A stretch of DNA of 43,119 nt from an uncultured Caldithrix sp. (GTDB lineage Bacteria > Calditrichota > Calditrichia > RBG-13-44-9). How positions within the stretch are numbered: the stretch's first letter is position 1; each line of letters begins with the position of its first letter. The notes under the pieces were generated by a model. It saw only the letters and a program-made list of their open reading frames with translations. It was not told the origin of the DNA and made no database searches. Both the position numbers and the translations under genes were made by a program. The stretch spans positions 1 to 43,119 of the forward strand of contig CAYMXZ010000002.1 in NCBI GenBank assembly GCA_964394475.1, given 5' to 3'. Shown piece by piece: positions 36,775 to 43,119 of the stretch.

Positions 36775-37269
36775 TTATGAATTATTTGTTCTGTTTACCT
36801 CTCTTTCTAAAAAATTTAAGCTACTCTTTACCTCTTGATATTTTTTCTGAATCTTCTCGTAACTTTCACTATCCCTTTTTTCAATCGCCCACTTCAATAA
36901 ATCCGTTATTTTAAAATATATTCCCTTCCTTCGATTCCGAATATATGGTATCTGCTCTTCCTGTATTTTTCGATAAATGCTGGTCCTTGACCTTAATCCA
37001 AAAATATCTCGTAAGTCATCCGGGTCTAATATTTCTTCATAATAGGGTAAACGACAAATTCTCCATCCTTTATGTTTAACTGCTCCTAATATATTCCCCC
37101 TATATATATGCCGTCGCAGCGGAAAACCCGGACTTGACTTTGTATCGCGTAAAATCCCTTCTCTCGCTAACCACCTCGCTGCACTTTTCAGAGGAATTGA
37201 ATCTAAATTTTCTTCTTGCAATCGCCTCTGAATATAGTTATTTATTCTGGCAATCATACTAAATGCCAC
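36775..37269 (-). CDS. Putative DNA-binding protein with excisionase/MerR-type helix-turn-helix segment(s)
   Basis: C-terminal half LRDIFGLRSRTSIYRKIQEEQIPYIRNRRKGIYFKITDLLKW resembles HTH_17/excisionase-type domains. The N-terminal half (LKSAARWLAREGILRD...PLRRHIYRGNILGAVKHKGWRI) looks like a second, diverged copy. GTG start, with an alternative ATG at 37257. Confidence 0.5.
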   Translation of the reverse strand: MAFSMIARINNYIQRRLQEENLDSIPLKSAARWLAREGILRDTKSSPGFPLRRHIYRGNILGAVKHKGWRICRLPYYEEILDPDDLRDIFGLRSRTSIYRKIQEEQIPYIRNRRKGIYFKITDLLKWAIEKRDSESYEKIQKKYQEVKSSLNFLEREVNRTNNS

Positions 37270-37366
37270 AAAGAATATATTTTTATGATTTTCAACGAAC
37301 TAAAGTTTTAGTAAAGATACTACTAAATGTAGCAAATTGCAATAAATACAAATTTGAGGAATAAAT

Positions 37367-38101
37367 ATGAATTTACAAAACCGTGTCTGTCTCGTCACCG
37401 GCAGTAATGTTAGAGTGGGTAAAACTATTGCCCTAACCCTATCTGAAAAAGGAGCAAAAGTTGTCATCCACTATCGTTCCCAGAAAATAACGGCCGAAGA
37501 AACAGCTGACCTCATACGCGCTAAGGGAAAAGACTGTCTTTTAGTACAAGGCGATATCAGTGTAAGAGCGGACTGGATAAGAATGCGTGACAAAATTATT
37601 GAAAAATGGAACAAAATTGATGTCCTGATTAACAATGCCGCCATTTTCTACCGCACCCCATTTTTTGAAGTCAGTGATAAAGAATGGTATGATTTTTTAG
37701 ATATTAATCTGAAGGGCACTTTCTATGGCTGCCAAATCATGGGGGAGCTCATGGTAAAACAACGCTCAGGAAAAATAATTAATATAACCGATGTCTCCGC
37801 AGAAACAGCCTGGCCAGCTTATTTACCCTATTGCATTTCTAAAGCAGGAGTCATTACCCTAACCAAAGGACTGGCAAAGGCATTGGCCCCTTACGTCACT
37901 GTTAATGCCATTGCCCCTGGAACTGTATTATTGGCAGAAAACTATGATGAGGCTGAAGAAAATTATTTGATTGAAAGAACACCCCTTAAACGAGTCGGAG
38001 ATCCCCAGGATATTGCCAATACAGCCGTATTTTTGATCGAAGGCAGCGATTTTATCACTGGAACAGTGATAAACGTCGATGGAGGTCGTTCGCTGAGCTA
38101 A
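37367..38101 (+). CDS. SDR family oxidoreductase (classical short-chain dehydrogenase; cofactor motif resembles pteridine-reductase-like members)
   Basis: VCLVTGSNVRVGKTIAL (TGxxxxxG). NNAAIF. Catalytic YCISK (YxxxK). PGTV. GAGG RBS upstream. Confidence 0.85.
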   Translation: MNLQNRVCLVTGSNVRVGKTIALTLSEKGAKVVIHYRSQKITAEETADLIRAKGKDCLLVQGDISVRADWIRMRDKIIEKWNKIDVLINNAAIFYRTPFFEVSDKEWYDFLDINLKGTFYGCQIMGELMVKQRSGKIINITDVSAETAWPAYLPYCISKAGVITLTKGLAKALAPYVTVNAIAPGTVLLAENYDEAEENYLIERTPLKRVGDPQDIANTAVFLIEGSDFITGTVINVDGGRSLS

Positions 38102-38200
38102 AAATTCAAGCCACTAATTTAAATCGAGATAAAAACCCTGAACTCGATCATATAAAAAATTTTCATTATTAATTCATTGATTCATCTTCACTTATAATTG

Positions 38201-39685
38201 CTATACTCTCCGCAGAGGTAAAAGAATCTTAAATTCACAACAATCTTCACTGGTAAAGGTGATCTTTAAGCGCCCTCCTTTTTCCTTTAATTTTCGTTTA
38301 AGCAACTCCATATCCATCGAATAACTGGCTTCTAATTGACGTTCATCATCCATTTGAATACTGGGTGTAAACAATAACTGAGTCACCTGCATCCCTTCTA
38401 TGCTGGTTTCAGGCAATTCTTCATCAATTTCATAAGTGACCAATCGCTGAATCATGCGTTCAATCCGATCTATTCTTCCATCGTGTTTCATTACCAATCC
38501 TAAAAACCCATCATTAATCATTGAAGAAATTTTTATGATGGCACTGGGATCTTTATTGGATGACTTTCTTTGATCGAAATCTTCGATTCCATACAAAATG
38601 GCATTTCTTACCAGAAGAAAAAGAATATCCCTCACAATGTTCCGATAAGAATATGGAATCGATAAAGCATCAAAATCCTTGTAATCAAACTTAACCGTTT
38701 TCCCAAGTTGTTTGCTCAAACTGATAATAAGCTGTTTTAAAGAATGTACGAGCAATTCACTTTCATACGTTCGCTTGGTTCTAAAATGATTATGGAAGTG
38801 ACTGATGCGTTTAAAAATAGTCTGCACTTCTTTTAGAATTTCTCGCATATCACCTAAGGATACGACGATAGGTACAAAATCATTCCCGATGATATCGGGC
38901 TTATTACGCAATTTGACTACTTTGTTAATAAACTGATTAGTTCTGTCCGTGAAAAATCTCAGATCTAACATCGAGGCATTGCCTTTGATAATAAACAACG
39001 ACCGGTAAATATTTTCGATTAGTTCCCGTGGACTTTTCGTATCCTTGGCATTTTTTAATATCTCCTCGATATTCGCCAGTTCTTGTTCTACTCCCACAAA
39101 AAATTCTTTTAACATTTCTGGTTCAACATGCAAAATATTTACCAACCACTCCATCTGTTTCTGAGTGCGATCTTCCGTCTGCTGAATTTTTTTAGTCAAT
39201 ACAATTTTTTCAGTCACATCTTTGCTGGTAATTACTAATAATTTGATTTCATTATCTTCCACTACTCTTTTGAAGGAAAAAGTGAGATACTTTGATGAGG
39301 TCCAAATCCCCCATTCATCTTCATAAAAGAATTCGGTATCGACCAGCGGATTGAGTTCAGTGATCACTTCCTCATCCAAATCTGATCTAAACATTAATTG
39401 GATAAATTCTTTTGTATTCTCAATAATTTGGGTAGGAATTCGATTTTCCAGTAAATGAATTAAATTTTTACCCTCCAGATTATTTACTCCTAAAATATCA
39501 TGCAATACAACGGAATAGTATTTTTGAATAATAAAATTTCTATCCAAAAAGAAAATCCCTTCCATGGCATGTTGCAGAATCTGCTGCATCATCTGGTTCA
39601 GTTGATGCCATTCACTCTGGCGCTGGTTAGAATCAGCAACTGGTTCCGAGGAAGAGGGAATCAAATTTTGCTCATCTCCACTCAT
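38201..39685 (-). CDS. Soluble paralogue of the CheA-like kinase below: PAS-like, Hpt-like (His replaced by Phe) and a degenerate CheA-type ATPase domain; predicted pseudokinase
   Basis: Colinear with residues ~385-805 of the 40605-43119 product. Shared blocks include RTQKQMEWLVNILHVEPEMLKEF, IKGNASMLDLRFF and LLVRNAILYGIE. At the Hpt phospho-site the sequence is YRSLFIIKGNA versus YRSMHLIKGNA (TTT codon at 38993-38995). The G1 motif is HDGRID versus DDGRGI. The G2 motif GRGIGLD is replaced by ASYSMDM. Confidence 0.8.
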   Translation of the reverse strand: MSGDEQNLIPSSSEPVADSNQRQSEWHQLNQMMQQILQHAMEGIFFLDRNFIIQKYYSVVLHDILGVNNLEGKNLIHLLENRIPTQIIENTKEFIQLMFRSDLDEEVITELNPLVDTEFFYEDEWGIWTSSKYLTFSFKRVVEDNEIKLLVITSKDVTEKIVLTKKIQQTEDRTQKQMEWLVNILHVEPEMLKEFFVGVEQELANIEEILKNAKDTKSPRELIENIYRSLFIIKGNASMLDLRFFTDRTNQFINKVVKLRNKPDIIGNDFVPIVVSLGDMREILKEVQTIFKRISHFHNHFRTKRTYESELLVHSLKQLIISLSKQLGKTVKFDYKDFDALSIPYSYRNIVRDILFLLVRNAILYGIEDFDQRKSSNKDPSAIIKISSMINDGFLGLVMKHDGRIDRIERMIQRLVTYEIDEELPETSIEGMQVTQLLFTPSIQMDDERQLEASYSMDMELLKRKLKEKGGRLKITFTSEDCCEFKILLPLRRV

Positions 39686-39721
39686 AATTCTTTACAATGA
39701 TTCTCTTGAAAATTTTTATTG

Positions 39722-40168
39722 TTATTCTAAACATACCACTAAATAGCATCGATATTCCTTCCAGGTAATTGGGATAACAAAAGCTTGAACATGTTCGGGT
39801 AATCGAATATCTTTTGCCTTCCCTTCTACCACGACAGGCACCGAGATCATAAAACTACTTCCGTAAGCTTCACGAACATTCCCTGAAATGGTGTTCGCTA
39901 TCTCTCCGGTCAAATCTTTGACTGTTTCCACAGTGGCCTTAGGATCATCCAAGATGATATGAGCGAGGCTTCTTAACATTTCACTCGTAGTGGTAATATA
40001 TACACAACCTTTTCTTTTTCCAGAAATTCCAATTATACCAGAATAATCTAATACAACTGGTTCTTTTCCTTTTAAATAAGGAATACCGGTTATGGCCTGT
40101 TCTCCAGTAACTTCCTGGAAATAATTAACCGTACTATCTATAAAAAAATGAAGATCGGTTTCGTTCAT
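39722..40168 (-). CDS. cheX: CheX-like chemotaxis phosphatase (CheC/CheX/FliY superfamily)
   Basis: 148 aa, a CheX-typical size and layout: N-terminal FIDSTVNYFQEVTG, GIIGISGKRKGCVYI, and an ExxN motif in LTGEIANTISGNVRE followed by ...SVPVVVEG. It lies directly downstream of a CheY-like gene. Confidence 0.65.
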   Translation of the reverse strand: MNETDLHFFIDSTVNYFQEVTGEQAITGIPYLKGKEPVVLDYSGIIGISGKRKGCVYITTTSEMLRSLAHIILDDPKATVETVKDLTGEIANTISGNVREAYGSSFMISVPVVVEGKAKDIRLPEHVQAFVIPITWKEYRCYLVVCLE

Positions 40169-40185
40169 TCCTGGTTCTCCTATCT

Positions 40186-40560
40186 TTAATTTAGACCCAT
40201 CATTCTGCTGAAAGCACTTTTAAGCTTTTCAGAAGTAAATGGCTTCACGAGATAACTTTTTGCTCCAATTTGAATAGCCTTCAAGCCAGTGGCTTTGTCT
40301 TTCAAGGCGGTAATCACCATCACCTTTACATCTTTATTCATTCTCATCATCTCTTTAAGCACACTAATTCCATCCAGTTCGGGCATGGTGATATCCAGAG
40401 TCACCACATCGGGATTGGTGGTTTTGAATAATTCCAATGCTGTTTTGCCATCCCCTGCCATACCAACCACTTCCAGCGGAAAATCACTTAAATTTTTCTC
40501 GATGGCTTGACGAATAGTCATTGAATCATCAATAATTAAGATTTTGAATTTCTCTTTCAT
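40186..40560 (-). CDS. cheY: CheY-like single-domain response regulator
   Basis: 124 aa. ILIIDDSMTIRQ, VTLDITMPELDG (phospho-acceptor Asp), VITALKD, YLVKPF. No output domain. Confidence 0.85.
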   Translation of the reverse strand: MKEKFKILIIDDSMTIRQAIEKNLSDFPLEVVGMAGDGKTALELFKTTNPDVVTLDITMPELDGISVLKEMMRMNKDVKVMVITALKDKATGLKAIQIGAKSYLVKPFTSEKLKSAFSRMMGLN

Positions 40561-40604
40561 TCCTGCCTCACTAATTTTTGTGATCTTTTTATATATCGTT
40601 TATT

Positions 40605-43119
40605 TTATGCTTTTTCAGCTGTAACCCTGCGTTTATTCTTCAGATTGACTTTTAATTTTTTCTGCCTTTTTTTAATCGGAATAGTTATTTTAAATTCACA
40701 ATAGCTTCCCTTTTCAAAAGCAACCTGAATACTTCCTTTATGTTTTAAAATTTTGCGTTTGATCAGATCCAAGCCAATTCCGCGACCGGCAAAGATGTTA
40801 GCTTTTTCCGCCGTCGAAAAATCCGGCTCAAATATCAATTGGGCAATCTGATGGTCGCTCCATTTTTTAAGTATCTTCGGATCCACCTTACCACTTTGCA
40901 AAGCTATTTGACGCAATTTCTCAACCTGAATTCCCCTTCCATCATCCCGGAAGGTAAAACTATACATGTCATTCTTTAACTCAGTGGAAAGCGAAATGGT
41001 GGCCAGAGGTCGCTTTTTATGCTCTATCCTCTCCTGGGGACTTTCAATTCCATGATAGAGAGCGTTTCTTACTAATTGAATTAAAATTTCTTTGACAAGC
41101 AATCGGTATTGATAAGGTAAAGAGGTTGACTGAAAACTGGTATAATTGAATTCTACTTCTTTTCCCAGATCTCTCGCTAAATTATGAATCAAATTCTTAA
41201 TAGACCGAATCAATAAGTCGCTTTCATCATTTTTCTTTAATTGAAAATGTTTGTGAAAAGAAACCATTCGCTCAATAAGTTTTTTCACTTCGTAAAGATT
41301 CTGTTTCAGTTCACTTAACTTGATGACTAACGGAATAAAGTCATTCACCTGTATTTCGGGATTTTTTTTCATCCGACTGATATCTTCTTCAAATTGATGG
41401 GCCTGATCAGCAAAAAATTTTAAGTCTAATAAAGTGGCATTCCCTTTGATCAAATGCATCGAACGATATAATTCTTCCAGGACATGTTGAAGATTTCCAT
41501 TTTCTTCTGCGTGTTTTAGGAGTGAATCGACGTAGTTTAATTCACTTTCAACACCTGCTAAAAATTCATTTAATAAGGCAGGTTCAATATGGAGGATATT
41601 TACCAACCATTCCATCTGATTTTGGGTTCGCTCCTCTGATATCTTTAATTTTTTAGACAGCATGACCTGCTCAGTTACATCAACAACAGTAGTAATCAGA
41701 TTTAAAATCTTAGAACCTTCGTAAATACGCTTAAAATTAAAATTTAAAAATTTCGAACAAATCCATGATCCGCTTTCATCAGTAAAATTTACCTCAACTT
41801 CCTGCAAAGGATTTAACTCTCTTAAAGTTTCTTCGTCAACATCCACCGCAAACATTAATCGCAAAAAGTCCTGGGTATTGTGTATAATTTCTTTGGATAT
41901 TTTATTTTCTAATAGATTTAAAAAGTTCGAATTGGCTAAATTGGTTTCCTTCAACATCTTTTCTAAAGCTAAAGAATACTGTGATCCAATCACATAATCA
42001 GAATTCAAAAGAAACAAACCTTCTTCGACATGATTCAGAATATCATCCGTATCCTTTTTCGCACGTAGCAGTTCATAATTGCTCTGATTCAACTCCCTTG
42101 TCCTTTGCGAAACTTCCAATTCCAACCTGCGCTTTTGGAGGTTGATACTGCGAATTCGTAAATAGATAATGATATAGATTGAAGCTAGTAAGAACATGAC
42201 CATTATAAATTTAAACCACCAGGTCTGCCAAAACGGAGGTTCAATATATATATTGACAGACAGGCCTTTTTCATTCCATATGCCGTCATTATTGGTGCCT
42301 TTGACACGGAAAGTATACTGTCCTCCATTTAAATTGGTATAATTGGCAAATCGGCGAGTATCACAGTATATCCAATCCTGATCAAAACCTTCCAATTTAT
42401 AAGCATATTTGTTTTTACCGGGAGTTGAAAAATCCAGAGCAGCAAATTCAAAGGAAAGAAAGTTATCCCGATAGGTGAGTCTAATTTGATTAGTTTTGTA
42501 AACCGCCTGATGTAAAGGTATTTCCTGGTTATACTTTTTAATAGAAGTGAGAACGATTTCTGGTACATGAGTATTTTGTTTTACTTCCTGTGGAGAAAAC
42601 AGGGTAAAACCGTTAATTCCGCCAAAAAACATTTCACCCTGTCTATTTTTAAAAAAGGCATTGCCATTAAACTCATTTCCCTGAATTCCATCGCTCATTT
42701 CAAAAATTCTTACTTCTTTCGTATCCGGATTAAATTTCAGAAGTCCCTGATTGGTGCTCATCCACAAATTACCTTCTTGATCCTCTAAAATACCATAAAT
42801 AGCATCATGGGAGATACCAGCTTCTTTTGAATAATGGGTAAAAATAAATTCGTCGCGATCCAGCAACTCCAATCCTCCACCATAGGTACCAATCCAAAAC
42901 CTACCGGCGTGATCCTCATACATACAAAGCACGCGATTATTTGAAAGACTGTTGGGATTTGAAGGACTATTCTGAAAGGATATAAATCTATCTTCTTTTT
43001 TAATGTATAAACTTAAACCGCTAAATGTTGCTACCCAAATGGCTCCTCGCTTGTCTTCATATACATACCGAACATGATTGCCATACAAAGATTTTGCATC
43101 ATTTTGACGATGATAATAC
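40605..43119 (-). CDS. Transmembrane Reg_prop/Y_Y_Y sensor fused to PAS-like, Hpt and CheA-type HATPase domains, partial (N-terminus beyond the right edge of the window)
   Basis: Two-component-regulator propeller repeats (YEDKRGAIWVATFSGL, YEDHAGRFWIGTYGGGL, LEDQEGNLWMSTNQGL). Y_Y_Y domain (YAYKLEGFDQDWIY...GGQYTFRVKGTNNDGIWNE). One TM (WWFKFIMVMFLLASIYIIIYL). Hpt motif YRSMHLIKGNATLLDL, with the His codon at 41454-41456. CheA-type N, G1 and G2 boxes: LVRNALYHGIE, RDDGRGI, GRGIGLDLIK. The frame stays open upstream of the TTG at 43088 to position 43119, so the ORF-track start is not the real start. Confidence 0.85.
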   Translation of the reverse strand, partial: YYHRQNDAKSLYGNHVRYVYEDKRGAIWVATFSGLSLYIKKEDRFISFQNSPSNPNSLSNNRVLCMYEDHAGRFWIGTYGGGLELLDRDEFIFTHYSKEAGISHDAIYGILEDQEGNLWMSTNQGLLKFNPDTKEVRIFEMSDGIQGNEFNGNAFFKNRQGEMFFGGINGFTLFSPQEVKQNTHVPEIVLTSIKKYNQEIPLHQAVYKTNQIRLTYRDNFLSFEFAALDFSTPGKNKYAYKLEGFDQDWIYCDTRRFANYTNLNGGQYTFRVKGTNNDGIWNEKGLSVNIYIEPPFWQTWWFKFIMVMFLLASIYIIIYLRIRSINLQKRRLELEVSQRTRELNQSNYELLRAKKDTDDILNHVEEGLFLLNSDYVIGSQYSLALEKMLKETNLANSNFLNLLENKISKEIIHNTQDFLRLMFAVDVDEETLRELNPLQEVEVNFTDESGSWICSKFLNFNFKRIYEGSKILNLITTVVDVTEQVMLSKKLKISEERTQNQMEWLVNILHIEPALLNEFLAGVESELNYVDSLLKHAEENGNLQHVLEELYRSMHLIKGNATLLDLKFFADQAHQFEEDISRMKKNPEIQVNDFIPLVIKLSELKQNLYEVKKLIERMVSFHKHFQLKKNDESDLLIRSIKNLIHNLARDLGKEVEFNYTSFQSTSLPYQYRLLVKEILIQLVRNALYHGIESPQERIEHKKRPLATISLSTELKNDMYSFTFRDDGRGIQVEKLRQIALQSGKVDPKILKKWSDHQIAQLIFEPDFSTAEKANIFAGRGIGLDLIKRKILKHKGSIQVAFEKGSYCEFKITIPIKKRQKKLKVNLKNKRRVTAEKA

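Noticed and set aside
1-43119. Scan for mobile elements, tRNA/rRNA genes, defence-system hallmarks (nucleases with ATPases, Cas, RM, TA pairs) and sigma-54 promoters (TGGCAC-N5-TTGC)
   Set aside because: I recognised no transposase, integrase or recombinase, no terminal inverted repeats and no cloverleaf-capable GC-rich segments. The TGGCAC words I saw (e.g. near 7545 and 9693) lie inside coding regions and lack a correctly spaced TTGC. A by-eye scan can miss weak sites, so this is absence of evidence only.
43088-43119. ORF-track start (TTG at 43088) for the sensor-CheA gene. Likewise the longest-ORF starts at 7916, 19515 and 23416
   Set aside because: The frame upstream of 43088 is open to the window edge and the Reg_prop repeat array is clearly truncated, so the gene is partial. 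For the other three genes, internal ATG codons (7961, 19422, 23455) give proper signal peptides or conserved N-termini, have RBS support, and remove overlaps with neighbouring genes.

Overview
AT-rich chromosomal segment (high-30s % GC, estimated by eye) from a Gram-negative bacterium. It probably belongs to the FCB superphylum but outside classical Bacteroidetes. The basis is a T9SS-type C-terminal sorting domain on an M1 peptidase, several envelope proteins (GWxTD, PEGA, DUF5916/CBM9-like, BamB-like), and clear GGAGG Shine-Dalgarno sites. I support about 31 protein genes. I saw no rRNA, tRNA, CRISPR array, transposase or integrase. Housekeeping anchors are gltX and alaS. The window is rich in signalling genes: three paralogous hybrid histidine kinases, a REC-PAS-HisKA protein with a degenerate catalytic domain, a sigma-54 enhancer-binding protein, and a chemotaxis-like cluster. 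That cluster (38201-43119, minus strand) is the best candidate for an undescribed system. It encodes a transmembrane Reg_prop/Y_Y_Y sensor fused directly to an Hpt domain and a CheA-type ATPase, with no recognisable dimerisation or CheW-like domains. CheY, CheX and a soluble paralogue follow it; the paralogue has lost the phospho-accepting His (H to F) and the G2 ATP-lid motif. Secondary points of interest: (a) an envelope operon whose first gene fuses an HEXXH peptidase-like domain, PD40 propeller repeats and an Omp85-type barrel, followed by BamB-like, PEGA and GWxTD genes; (b) a candidate ~70-nt C-rich small RNA between that operon and the GWxTD gene; (c) a secreted Gly-rich protein built from a 48-bp tandem repeat at the left edge; (d) a Cys-rich orphan gene divergent from a MocA/XdhC pair. 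All functional calls come from motif recognition by eye. No database search was run.
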